From the NCBI RefSeq assembly GCF_038025025.1, contig NW_027117344.1, positions 1,674,001 through 1,738,000 of the forward strand: a DNA stretch of 64,000 nucleotides, read 5' to 3'. This DNA is from Phyllosticta citribraziliensis. Taxonomy: Eukaryota. Shown here one piece after another: positions 47,739 to 61,500 of this stretch. How positions within the stretch are numbered: position 1 is the first letter of the stretch; each line of letters opens with the position of its first letter. Below the pieces are notes generated by a model. The model was not told the DNA's origin, did no database searches, and saw only the letters and a program-made list of their open reading frames with translations. A program made the translations under genes and the position numbers.

Positions 47739-47775
<37 letters not shown>
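47597..47775. repeat. Compound microsatellites: (CA)n, (GGGCA)n, (GCTT)n
   Basis: Read directly. Confidence 0.85.
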
Positions 47776-47778
<3 letters not shown>

Positions 47779-50700
47779 AACCTCCATTCCAGGCTCGCCT
47801 CGCTCTCGCTCTCGCTCCCCGCTCGTCGCTCCTCGCGCCGCCCATCCGCAGCGCAGCGCTTGACTGCCTTCATTTCGGCCTTGAGCCCAAACCAGGCACC
47901 TCTGGCCGCTTCCAGCCTGGCAAGGGGCCGTCAGTCATCTGCTTGGCCGTGGTTCGCTGAGCTGGCCGGGATTCGCCAGCCTCAATGGCAAGCCTGCCGC
48001 TAGCGTCGGTGCGTCACCACATGCATTGCAGCCCGTCCGACGTCTTCTGAATCCTCTCTGGAAGCTTTCTGATTTGAGCTTGTCTGCCCGCCGCAGGGTG
48101 CAGGGGCCCCGGCCAGTGGGATCGCTCGCCAGGATCGCCAAACCGGCTTTCCGACCGCTCACTCTCCCTCGGAGCCAGCCAGTCTTGCTGCTGCTGTCAC
48201 TGCCTGTCAACTTCAGCTCCGCTCCGCGCCGCTCCCTGCTTCCAACGGCCACGACGATAATGAAGCCTTTCGATGCGCGACCATGGCACTATTGCATTGC
48301 CTTGGACATGCCACGCGAGCATGAGGGTCGTGGCTGTCGATCCGAGCCGGACAACTTGTACGAAGGAACCAAAGCCAACCACGGGCTCGCGCAACACACT
48401 CTCCTACCACCACTCCTACCACCACCACCACCACCACATCGCTGCTGATCACCTCCCCCGCGGATCTTCCCATTGCTTGTTCGCTGGGGCGCGCGCCCAT
48501 CATTGCCTTCGTCGTCACCCAGCTGGGAGGCCCTCGCTCACACTGCCCGTCCTCGAGCTGGGGCTGCCCTCGACCCGCTGCGGTTGGCTTACGCCTCCCT
48601 TTTGCCAATCTCTACTGCTTCCCCATCCAAGCGTAAGCCACCAACAACACCACCACCACTTGCTGCTGCTGGGCCCGGAAGGCTGCCATGCTGACAACTG
48701 TGACTGCTGGCGCCAGAACGCATGCGCTCCTGGGTCCCATCATTGCAGCCGTGTGCTCGGGTGCCCGATCGATTTGCCTGCCCTGTCTCAACATCTCAAA
48801 TAAAGCCAATGCACCGCTCCGGGTCAACGGCTGCTCGGGCACTGCATGGTTGAAATGAAGCCCGTGGTGACGCAAGAAGAATGAAGGAATCGACCCCCAT
48901 TTGATCTATCTTTAGCCGATGTTGCTCGTGGGCTCGCTTGCGCCCTGCCGTCGACAAGAGGAGCCGGTGGTGGTGAGCTCGTCGCCGTCGTCGAAGCATG
49001 ACCGTCATTCTCGCCGTGCAGACTGGGAAAAAAGAAACGACCCAAAACCCCCGCCGCCGAGCATCTCGCTTCCTTGCCAGTAATCCTCCTCGCCGAGCTT
49101 GCGAATCATGGCGGGGACTGGACAGCATCACCGGGCCAAGGCCATACCGCGCGTCAGCATCCCAGAGCGGTGTGAACAGCAGACGAGCAAGGCATGCCAG
49201 TTTCGCATTTAGCCGCACTCCAAATCAAGCTGAAACTCTTTTTTCTCGCTCGTCCTTTTTCGCGCTTTTTGCTTTTGCCCTTTCCGTCGCGCGCCCGTTG
49301 GCCGTCCGCTCGCTCCGCGCCGCCAGGCTGCGGTCTGCCCCTCGCGACTAGACATGACGCTTGACTCTTTGGCCAACGGGCCCGCAGCCTCGGGCTTTAG
49401 CGGCCGTCGACGGCATGGCCGAGAGATGGATGACCTGGCAATGCTAGGCTAGCCCTGTCCTTCTTCTCCTCACAGGGCTCTCTTTAGCCAGAAAGTCATT
49501 GCCCGCGGCAAGCTGCCCGCCCAATCCCGGCGTCGCAGCGCTCGGTAGCAGCGCCGCTCGACCAGCGCAAGAAGAAAAGTAATCTGTAGAGCGGCCCGAT
49601 GCTACCCTCGTCGAAGCGGTCGGCCGCCATGCCATGCGATTGACCGGGACATGGCAACTCGAGTGGACGCCGTACACCTCAGCGACTTGTGACAACAGAT
49701 CCCGACTCTGCAGACCGTAGAGTCGGCTGCGTCACCGAAAATGACCGAATTGTCCCGTTCCGATGAATGGGGTCCCGGACGTTGACGCTTCGGCAGAGCC
49801 TGGCGGGACCTAGCAGTAGAGCATGCCAACTGCCCGGTCTACTACCGCCGTAGTCGAATGTGCGGGCGGTGCTGGCGCCGCCGCCGCATGTAGGTACCGT
49901 GACTTGGCCTGCGTGTGACATGGTGTGCCGGCGCCTCTAGGCATCTACGCATCCATTGAGCCGCTTGCGCGATGAGCTGACGGGTGCGGTTGCGACAAGG
50001 CAGAAGACGAGGTGCGATTGACTGCAATCAATGCATGTCACGACAGGCGCGGACCGGGGCTGCTAAACAACCACTAGCCGAAGCTTGCTGACTTGACCAA
50101 AGCTACCTACCACTTCTATTCTTCTACCGATGCTCTAGCTTCAGCGAGACTTTCCAGCGCCAGATCGGTCAAGCCGCGATTCTCTCCTCTCCTCCTTCTT
50201 CCTATCGCTCGCAATCATCCCTCCGTCGTCCTCACACCTCCACGAAGACCCCCTGGCAACCACCCACCTCGATGCGATCTCGATTTGTCAGCCTTGACAC
50301 TCTACGCTGTACTTCGTCGCAAACGGCCCTTTTTTCTCTTGTCCTTAGGCATCACACCCTTTCATCAACGGCCAAACTATCCCTGCCATGTCTCCATCTT
50401 TCACAAGTTCTCCGATCTAGACCCGATCTTGATCTCACCATCCCCCATCGAGCGGTTACCAAGTATATCACCAAACATCTACCTCAGAATTGTTTCTCTT
50501 GACTGCGCCTTTTGCAACACGTCGACCCTGTTCCATCACACATCACTGGCGTCAAGACTTGCCCCTATTCCATCTCTCATCCTTTAACCGGTGCGCGACA
50601 GCGGCAGCCGCAGGAGCGTGCTGCCTTTTCCCTGGCTACAAGGAATACTCATGCTCGGTCCCCTGACCCGGCCGCCAACACTAAACGACTACACCCGTCC

Positions 50701-53700
50701 CCCCGACATCCCGTCTTGACGTCGCGCCGCCGCACCAACGGCGCGCAGGCACGTGTACCGCTGCTCCCTAGTCTCGCCGCGTCTCTGACGGCGCAACTGG
50801 GACCTTCCCGAGTAGCAAGACCCCGCTGCTACCACACTCGCGTCGTGACCTTTACAAACCCGGCATATTCCTTCCTGCGACATGCACAATGCTCTGCCAG
50901 CTGAAGGAGATGTGTGCGAACAAACAACCCGGGTTTGCCCTGATGAAGCTCGAGAAGGAGGTGGGGGTCGTGGTCCTGCAGTGTATGAATTGAGTTACGT
51001 ACCCTTGACTACTTTGCTGACCCTAGCCCGACAAACGTCGTCCGTTGTCTAGATCGTACCCGGGGGGCGGACAGACACGGCACGGGGCCGGCCACGGTGA
51101 CGGGTCCGGGACTGGCGTTGGCGGGCGGGCGCTGACGTTGGTGCGTTGAGGTGGCGGCTGGGCGGCTTTGGCGCCGGTACAATTGTTGGAATATCTGTTG
51201 CTGCTATGTGCAGGCAGGCAAGACGAAGGTCGACGAGGAGGGCGAGGAGCGCAATGAAGCCAAGGGCAACAAACCTCATCAGCTTGGATTCTGCACGCAA
51301 CCGAAAGTCTGGAAAAAGCGAATGCGAATGCAGTCGTAAACGACGGCACGAGCGGTACTTTGCCGGGAAACATACCATTGCTTCCACTACCGCTCGCACT
51401 GACGACGATCTGGTACTTACGACTTGCTACTCCCCTCTTCAGCCTCACCCTCAAATCTGCAAATCATCCCCACCCGCCTGTCCGTCTGCCCGGCTGGGCT
51501 CATCGGACGCTGTGCGCCTCGCCCATCCGACTCGAAGCATAGCCCTACGTATACATACTTTTTCTGTGTTGTTCAAGCATTGCCAGCAGCAGCAGCAGCA
51601 GCAGCACACCACCAAGGGCATGCGGCGGTGAGATGGAATACCTGGTGGCGGGTGGCGCCATCAACACCAGCACAAGGCAGCCATGCAAGAGGCGCTCGAG
51701 CTGGCTGTGCTCTGTTCCCGGTATTCGGTCGGTGAGGCTGGCCGCTACTGCAAAGCATACATGTGCATCTGTGTATGTACCGAAAGTACGTACATACGAA
51801 CACACACTGTGAGTGTGGGCTGAGATTATTGGGGCCGCGGCTCGGGCTCATAGGCTGCCTGACTTTGCTTTTTCCTTGGGGTTTTCATTTCTTTTGCTGC
51901 TATTCGGTAAGCGGGAGTTGCTTTTTTTCTTTGTTCCTTCTTTCTTGCGCAGCTCGCGCGCACAGCTTGGGCTCTCGCCTCATCATGATTTGATTTGCGA
52001 ATGCGAATGCTTAGGCGCGCCTGCTTGTGGATCTTGGTAGCCTTGGGAATGGCTGGTCTCTCAGTGCTACACGCTGGACGCTGAATGATTATTGTCCGGT
52101 GTGCGTTGTGAGTGAGTGTAAGTGTATTGTGCGGATCTTCCCAAAGGAGGTGGTTGGGTGTGTGCCTGGTCAATCAAAAGCACAACCAATTCCCCGCTCA
52201 CAACTCACTCGCAAGTACGAGATCGGCCTCGGATACAGCAGTCAATGGACAGTGCACACAGAGAGGAGGTGGATGGTGCTGACCTGCGTGATGCGGTACC
52301 AACCAACCAACCATCTAGGGTCCATCCTATGGACCGTACTTTTTCCACGCTACGAGTACAGGCTCAGCACCAAAAACGACGCTACAACGTTTAGCGCCAC
52401 CACGCTACCACGTCTGACCCGTGTCGTCCATTAGTCCACGACCCACGCACCCCTACTTCCTGACGTGCTGTATCGGGAGTCCCTTGTCTGCTCCAGCTCG
52501 ACGCGCCTAGATTGGTCACGGCCCAACCACGCACGCAACCGCGCCCAGAAACATCTGGAAAGGAGCATTGGCCTTCCTTGTTCTGTATGATACAATCCAG
52601 TCACTCGGTTCCATGTGCCCGCTTGACCGCCCCCTCAACCTTGCGCGTAGCGCTTCCTCTTTGAGCCTCTATGATTTGGCCCCTACATGTACCCTACACA
52701 ACGCTTCATTTTGCTTGACAAGCTTCGTCGAGTATTCCGGGACAGCAGCACGCTCGGAGGATAGCCATTCAAGTGTGCAGAGGGACAGGTAGACAGACAG
52801 AGGATCAACTCGGCTCCGAAAGACGCCGCTTGCCCTTGTACCGCCGCCATACTTTCCACCTTGCCTCAATCTAGCTCACGTACCTGGAAAACCACTTCCT
52901 CCTCGCGCATCAACCATCTCCCATCTCATAGCTGCACCTCCCCCTGCTCCTTCAATTCACCGAGACAGCATGTAGACGGGAAGTCCAGTCAGTCATAGAT
53001 CAGTAAGCCTCCGTCAGAGAGGAGGCGGTGCCGCCGCCGCCGCTACCGCTGCCGCCCAGGGGTCATGGCGGGCCGCCTTCGTCGTCGTCGTCGTCGTCGT
53101 CGTCGCCGCGGCGCAACGATCAGGCAGGTGAAGAAGGGATGGCGCTTATTTGCCTACCTTGCAGGGTTGTACTTCGATCGACCGATGTACGCCATCATCA
53201 TCGTCGCTGGGGTGGCCCTGTTTGCGCGACTCTCCTGGGATGGTAGACGAAAGAGATGCGGGTATGTACATGTGAGTGTGTGGGATGTATGGTCAGAGTC
53301 TGGGAGAGTGAGAGGAAGGTCGGGGCGGTAGTGGCTACCTATTCTGTACCTCCTGGATGATTGGGCACATACGCACGGCAGCGGTCGGTGTGAGCAGTGC
53401 CATGTGTCTTTGGTCTTTTTTTGTTTTGCTTGCTGCGCCGACGGCAGGCAGGTGGACGGTCTGACGACCGGACAAGGAGTGGCATTGTAGTGGTACACCA
53501 GGGTACCTACCTTCACGTTTTGGCCTGCTGACGGCCAAAGCCATGAATGACTGTCTGCGCGGAGGTTGGACAGTCGGAAGGGGGTCAGTCTGCTGGCACC
53601 ACAGCAACCACGCACTTGGCATGTTCGAGTCGAGAATCAAGCTGCTGCTGCTGCTGCTGTGTGATCTGTCTCTAGGTCCTCTTCGGCCCAACCACCACAC

Positions 53701-55643
53701 TTCCATCAACCCGAACATCAACTCCCCGCATCGACAGTGGGGCTATTCATCCGGACAGCCATGCTTTAGCCTACACAGGTGCTCTGATTGGATGCATCGA
53801 GCTGGCGAGTAGGACGAGTGCACGTCACGCTTACTTTCTTGCTTGGACGAACCAGCAGTAGATACGCACTGTGCCAGCGTCTACGAGGAGCCTCCGTGCT
53901 CGTTGTCTTTGACTTCGTCGCGTGACCGGCTGGCCGGTCATTTTGACTGCCATCCAGTTTTGTCCGTCAAGGGTTTGTTTCAATTTCTGATGCGATTCTT
54001 CTGGGCGCGTCTTGTGCTCCTTTTGTGTACCACAGGAAGAAGTTTGATAGAATTTTTGTCAAATAAAGATGATGCGACTCAACGTCGTCGATTGCTAGGA
54101 GCTTCGACGTCTTCCATGCCTGGCTCGCCGCATGATAGACGACCTGACCACGCGCACGTACTACCTTGGTGAGCAGCGTGACTGGGCCTAGCAGTGGATT
54201 ACTACAGCTGATCCTTTGGACGGGCACTGTAGTCAGTGAAGCAGTGGGCGAACAGACACACGGATGGATCCGCGGCAGGTGGTCGTGTGGCACACAGAGT
54301 CGAGCGACTCCTATGGCTTGTGTTGGCTTGCTTTGGTCTATCCAGTCCAGTGGGTGGCAATGGGCGCCGCAAAACCGGCTGGCTGGCTGGCTGGCTAATC
54401 ATCCACTCGAGCCCACTGACTCGATAATCAAGTCCAAAGTCCGTTTGTGGTTATTCTTTGAACCGGCCGGCCGGCTGGAGTGGTCGGTCGGAAGGCGTCG
54501 CACGTGGTGAGTGATGTGGTGAAGAAGTGTGGCCAGCCCGTCAAATGTGTTAAAGTAGAGGGAGTTGCATGGCGTTTGAAAGGCGTCGCTGTTGTCTGGC
54601 GGGTCCCGGCAGCTTGGTCCTCTCGTTTTCTCTGCCTCTGGCGCCTCATCTTGGGTCTGGCATCGGGTTCAGGGTCCGGTTCACGTCATATCGGGACTAA
54701 GGAAGGAGGAGGATGAGGAGCAGGAGGCGTTTTTCCGCCACCGCTCGTGCTGATGGTGGTGGAGACTTTCGAGACATGGTCCCGGCGAGTTTTCTGGCGC
54801 GCGCACCCCACCCGCTGGTTAGGTGGTGGGCGACATGCGTTCTGGTGCCGGCAACGGCGTGTACCAGGTCCAGTGGACGGTGGGATAGGCGGTCATGGCG
54901 GCATTCTCCTGGAGACTGGAGAGGGGTGGTTGATAGTGAAAGCTGGTTGGTGTTGTGGAAAGAGAACTGAGAAAAGATGCAGTGCCATTGCGACTTTCCG
55001 CTAACCACCGTTGAACTCTAGGCTTGCGTGCTGTCGCTTTCTGCTTTGAATAATGGCAATGCTTCTTCGTCGGTGATCAATTGTTGCGGGGTTTGGTTTG
55101 GTGGAGCACGCGAGAAGAGAGACAGACGCGAGACTGCAGTAGCTCAAGTTCTACAACGACGCACACACACCATCCTTCTATCACATTCGCAGTTCACGCA
55201 ACGAAAAGCACGTCTGCATCTGCCCACCCCAATGACCACCTCATCTGTTTCGTTAGTCTCGCCTCCCACCGACCGGCGCGCGCCACAGCTACCAAAGATG
55301 CGGCCCCAGCCCATCTCAGCCCAACGCCTCTCGCGCAGTGCTGGTGCTGGCGCAGCGCCACGATCCATCCCAGCAGCGCCTCGCCAGCGCCACGATTACC
55401 CCCTGGCTGGACTGGCCGCACTGTCGCTCGCCTCCTGAAGCCTCCGGTCCCAGATTCCTGTCTTCTGGTTCTGGCTGGCCTGGGCTGCCCCTCGCGCACG
55501 CACGCACGCACGCACGCACGGGGGGCGCCGTCGCCGCCGCTGCTGTGAGGGCAGGGTACGTAGCTAGAGGTAATGTAGGTACCTAGGCAAGCCCTCCCTC
55601 TCCCTCTTCCGCGCCTTCGCATGTCCCCTCGTCCCCTCGTGCG

Positions 55644-55699
55644 TCTTGTCCTTGTCCTCCACTCTTGGGATTCTTGTCCTTGTCCTCCACTCTTGGGAT
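55644..55699. repeat. 28-bp perfect tandem duplication TCTTGTCCTTGTCCTCCACTCTTGGGAT x2
   Basis: Copies at 55644-55671 and 55672-55699. Confidence 0.9.
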
Positions 55700-58523
55700 A
55701 ACGCAGCCACGCCACCACCACAGCATCCATCCATCCATTCATTTCTTGCGCTGGGTGCTCTATCTTGTTCCGCCGCCGTGGTCCCGGGCAAGCCCCTCTC
55801 ACCGTTTGCCCGGCAAAGGGGCGTTGTTCTTCTCGTCTCATTGCATCGTTCTCTCCAATCTTCCGTGCTGCTCCCACCGTCACGCGGCCTACCCCTACCT
55901 GTCTCTACCTGTTCCTGTAACCAAACCAGGAAGCTAATGGTAGTCAATTGCTGGCCGATTTCATAGATAAGGGTCCAAAGCATCTCTGTCTCGTTCTGTT
56001 TCTCTTAGCGCATGTGGGCTTGGTTCCTTCCATCGGAGGAAAAATCCTCTGTCCACTTGCTCCCAAAGCTTAGCAAGATGGATGGCTTGTTGGCTTATTG
56101 GCTTGCTGGCTGACTTGGGCTCACTGTACTGCTACCGCTGCCATGTGCACGTGTGAGAACTGGGCGCCGGAGCCGGCGCCGCCTGTCGTCGTCCTCTCGG
56201 TCATTTTGGCGGGTCATGGTCGATGTGTGGATGCGAGGCTGTTGAGATGCTGATCGTGCACTGCTTTGCTGTGTAACGTGCGGTGCAACGGCGAACCCGG
56301 GACATTTGTCGTGATTTTAGCCCCTCGCCCTCATCCTCTCTTACTTGATTCAAGAGAAAGCGTCTGTCATCCTTGGCTGCGCCTTAAACATTTGCAGATG
56401 AGGCCTGCAAGTAATCGACCGCGTCGTCTTTTTGCGCTAGACTTTGCAAGTGCTGAATCGCTTTCATTGTGCATGCATCCATCTTGTAAGGGGTGGGGGG
56501 CAGTAAAATCCCCATCAATGGAAGACTACCATCGGGTTCCGCATCGAAAGCTGACCATGGAGCCATGCATTACTTGCCTCGACTTACGCAGCACTTCCCA
56601 ACCAACCATCGCAATTGCAATTCCGACAACATTTCCTGCAAAAGGCTAAAAAGACCAAGGCCGTTGTTCATTCAAGCTTTGCACGCGGAAAGCCATGTTG
56701 GCCAGATTGTCGTCCACACAGAGCCCCTTCTCTATACGGCAAGTGCCAAATTCTAAACAGGGACAGGGATATGTCTGAGGGTAAAGAATGTACCGGGGTG
56801 ACATGGGGGGGAGGAAGAAGATAGGTAACTCAGTTAGAATTTATTGAATTTTGCCGATTAGGTACAACGCACGACGTGTATATGTTCCTTTTTGGCTCGC
56901 ATTAGCTGCGAGTGCTAACGAGAGTCTCGCCGTGACCTTCCTATCTCCCTTGTCGTTTTCTCTCTCCGCTGTACGACGCGTGCTTGCTTGACAAGTTTGC
57001 TAGCGAAAAGTTTAAAAGCGGGAGGGTTTGCGTCTTTCGGCGGGGATGCTCTGGCATGGGGGCCGGCGTGTTGGGGTTGGGATCGCGCTTCTCTTTTCCC
57101 TTGGAGACGTTTGTTAAATTGCGCAATGGCTCGAGCCGTGGTTTCCGTTAGTTCAAGCGCGCTCCAGCGGTCGATATACTTCTTTTTGTAATCTGAGCGT
57201 GCTTTGTTCCAGAGACGACGTGAACGTAGAGAGGCCCGACTATCACGAATACGCGGGATGACCGAAAGGCAATTTGATCATTTTCGAATTCAATGTCGGA
57301 CACGCCGACATCGCGAGTCGCGCAAGGAGTTGATCTGGTTCATCTCGCGGCCGAGAAGTCCTCTGTACAAGCCACCAAGAATTCCCGCTACTCATTGTTG
57401 CATAGAGGACGTGCTGCTGTTTCTCTTGCGCCCCTCCCAGTTGCGCAGCTCAAACACCGTGTCTCTCTCGACGTCCTGTTTCAGTATTGCAAGACGCACC
57501 TTACCACGTAATCGACCTCGAAACCGCGCACCGTAGCCCTCTGAAGCCACGATGCGGCCAACCAACCGGCTGATCAGCGTCGATCAAGTGCCACAGTCTG
57601 AATACTGGCTGGTAGGCTGGCAAGGCGGCTGACTGGAAATAACGGGGGAGTGAGAATGAGGTTTGAGTGCCCTGTCGTCCGCATCTCGGGCAAGAAAGAC
57701 GAAGAAAAGACAAGATCGCCAGCATCGTGAACAGAAAGAAGCAGACTGGCTTGCTTGCATGGCTTCCCGCCTCCCCACCCATGATGAGTGAGATGAGTTG
57801 CCCTCGGCCCTGTCTCTCGCCGTCGTGGTTGGCTCCACTCCGCTGCGGTCAGCTCGGTGGATGACGCCGCGTTTGCTCGTTTTGGCTGCGGTTGGCTGCT
57901 TGTGCTCATTTTCTTCGTCGTTATAATGCCGCGTCACGCGCACGACCAACGGCGATCGCGTATATGTTGCTCAACTTATTCCTCATTCCATCTTCGGTGA
58001 ACCCGGATTGCGTCTTGTGTCTACGTGCATTGAATGCTTCCCTGGTGGTCGCCTCGTGGGCTGGCTGATGTTGAAACATGGTCGGATGAGGCTGCGGAGA
58101 CTTGCAGACGAGGCGACGTCACCTGCCTATGTTGAGTGCGTCCGGCTGAGTCGCTTCCTTTCTTTCTGTTTCGCGGTATTCGTTGCGAAAATGCAATTGA
58201 AGAGTTGAGTGATTGTGCGCGGTGCTGCGTGAACTGATGGCGAGCTGCGAAACAGAGAATAGGAGAGGATAGTAGAGTCGCCAGAGAGTTCCTTGTGGAG
58301 GAAGACCAGTTGGAAACCCCTCTGAACATTCATGTACCACGCGCATTGTGTCTGCTGTCCCTTGCAGTCACCCAAGGCTCTTCTGGATTCCAGAGAAATT
58401 GGAGGCCTCAAGCATCTCATCATTCAAAAGCGCATCGTCTTGAGTGGTCATAGTGGCAACAGAAATTCGACATTTAATGCTCATAACCATACAAGACAGG
58501 GTATACTTACACCACGCTTTGAA

Positions 58524-61500
58524 TCAAATCCAACACTGCTCGCCAATGCAAAGGCAAGCTTCCCCACACATTTTGTGAACTGCATATCCACAATTCGCGC
58601 ATGTTCTGTACAGCCCGTCCAGCTGTAACCAACAGACCATGCAAACTCTACTTTTTGTCTCACTCGCTTTGTTCATGCCGCCCACTTCGGCGTGCGTTGG
58701 AGAAACTTTTGTCGAACTTGGTCTTGACGAGGCAAGCCATGGTAGCAAGTCAGTCGAGGACACTGTGGAGCCACACGGTAGAGTTTCCAAGGCCAGGGTA
58801 TCAGACTCGATAATCGAACGGATCTCCGTCTCTTTGCTTGCAGCCATCCAGTCTGATGCTTCCCTTGGCTCTTCGTCGACCCAGTAGCTCACCATGCCGT
58901 TAAACTTCAAGACTTCGCAGCGTTCGCGAACAAGGCCCCACGCCATGAGTTCTTGGTCAGCATAACTCTGGCGGTAGCTAAGGTGCAGCCATTCCTTGCT
59001 CTGGTCGAGAAGTGGCACGGACAGGTGGCCATCGTCATCAAACTGGTCTTGATTTTTTAGAGTAACTTGCACAATGACGTCTCGTCCGCCAAGCGCTGTG
59101 CCATCCGAGTGAGTGATGAGGCCCGAGGAAGAGGATTCGGGAAAGGGCGATGGCGCGCCGTAGGATGAGACCGAGTCATCATCTGATTGATTGGACTCAT
59201 CCTCCTCACGCGGGCTGAAAAGACCTCTAGGAGGTGTCTGACTGAGTCCTGTGCGGGTCCGCTTGAGCTGCCCAGTTGACGAGCGGCCTTGAGAGGAAGA
59301 GGGGTCATAGACGGTGTTTGGGCCCCATGTCACTCCGCTTTTCTCTGGCGCAGAGCTTGATAGATCGGCTGTTCGGCCGTTGACTGGCGGAGATGGTGAT
59401 GGGCCAGCGTTTGTAAAGGGGCGAGAGAACGTCGAGAATGCGGTGCTAAGATTGCTCCTCTTGTTTCGCTCAGGAGACGAGGCAATGCTGGCAAACCCAC
59501 TCGCGCGATATGGATTGACGCGAGAGAATAAAGGCGGAGTGTTACTCGTCGAGTGAGGTACAGGAGTGCTTGACATTACGTCACCACTCCAGGGGCCATT
59601 CGATGACCCAGCAGATCCAAAGGTATTTAGACGACGGTCTGATTTACCAAACGCCGGTTCCGAGCCCATTGGATTACGCTCGTATCCATTGGACGGGTCT
59701 GTAATTGAAAGGGTTGGTTGGAAGAGACTTGAAGCAACTTCTTTTGTCGGATAGTAATCCAAGGAGAAGGCTGGCGTTCGCATTGAAAGGTGCAAATCAG
59801 CGTGAGGAAGACGCATCATCATTCCGTTTGTGACCCCTTCACTAGCAGCGGGCTCGTGGAACATGCAAGACAGCATGGCAAGCATTTGCGTATCGGCGAG
59901 CCTTTCAAAGTGATCAAAGAGCCGCGCCACAAGAGCTTGAGCAAAGGGGTGATTCCCCCACTTGACCCGGCCTTTAAGTTTGGGCCTCGAAACAGCGTCT
60001 GGCTCGTCATACGAAAGATCAAGACCACTGTCCCTTTTCTTGATGTGCACAGCGGAGCGGCGCGCTACAATAAGGATAGGCTCTCGTCGATAGCTTTGCT
60101 GCATAATCTCCAGAGGCACCTCATTCGCAAGTATCAGGCCAACAAGGTTCCAGATGTCTGCAAGATCGGCGTATCCATGCTCTCGCGCGACTTTGGCATT
60201 GTGGTTGCAAACCGATGGCCCTTCTCCGAAGATTTCGTAGTTTTCTGCAAGCTCTTTTTTCGCTGGAAGCAAGTCCGCAAAGTTATAGATGGTGATGATT
60301 GATTTTGGCTTCGGTGCACTTGGCCTGCTTTCGTATCCTGCGCTCGAGTGTTGCGAGGACCTCTGGAATTTCAGTGGTCCGCCACGCCATGCTACTGGTG
60401 GAGCGATTCCCGAGATCCCACCCATGACGGGTGATCCTGATGAGGAGCTTGAGGACGTCTCCCAAGATCCTTGCGACTCTGCATCGTCGTGGCTCATGGT
60501 CGAGGAGTCTTTGCGGTCAGGCTCAGGAGAGCCAGTCTTGAGGCGGCCCAACATTTCAAAGATTCTCTTGCTCTTGTAGGTGCGACTATCACTGCTCAAT
60601 GTAGCCAGATTAGAGAACATGGGCTTTGGCTCAGGTTTCGGAGGGAAGAAAGTGACGAGCCGACCATCAGGAGCCCAAATCGCACCACATTGCTTGGGCA
60701 AGGGAACGTTGGCGTTTGCATTCACAGGGCCCAAGATGTCGGTGCCGCTCATCTCCATGGCAGGTGTTCCAGAGAAGTCACCGCCAACCTCATCCTCCTC
60801 ATCACTCGAGCTTTCCTCGTCGACGCTGCTTGCACCTTCACCGGCCTCTGAAAGCCAGCTGATGCTCTCTTCCAGTCCACGTTCGCCAAGCAAATAGCTT
60901 ACGATTGCATCAAGTGAGCCCCTTTTGCGATTCTTGTAGACCTCGGCAAGTGCCTTGATTTCGCTTTCCAGTCTGTCCTCGGTCTCGGGTGAGATGAACG
61001 AGGTAGTTTTTTCAATCTTGCAGTCTGGGGTAGCAGAGACGGGGTAGTCTGGCGGAAACCTGATGCTGATCCGCATAAATACGGGGTCTCCATTTTCCCC
61101 CCAGGGTCCATTGAGCGTCACGGTGGCCGTCCGCTTTGGTATCTCGACCTCTTCGAATTTGACCTTCTTGTACTTGCTTCCCACATGTGTGATTTCATCC
61201 CCTAAAGAGTCAGGAGAGTCCCACACGAGATGTTGTTCAGGAGAAAGGATGTCTGGTCTTGACCCGTGCCGGTTGAACTGCCCGTTTGGACCTCCAATCT
61301 TGACCCCCTGCATCCACGTGAGCTTGTCCACCGTCTTCTTTTCCCGGGTTCGTGCTTGCATAGTACCAGAGGTCCCAATGAGGCCCCGCTCTCTTGCACT
61401 TGCACCTGGTCCTTGAAGGGCTGTCTGGGCATAAGGCAGGCTTGGTTTGCTCATTCCCGCAGATTGGAAAAGGGCACTCAGTTGGCTCGGTGCTGTGGAG

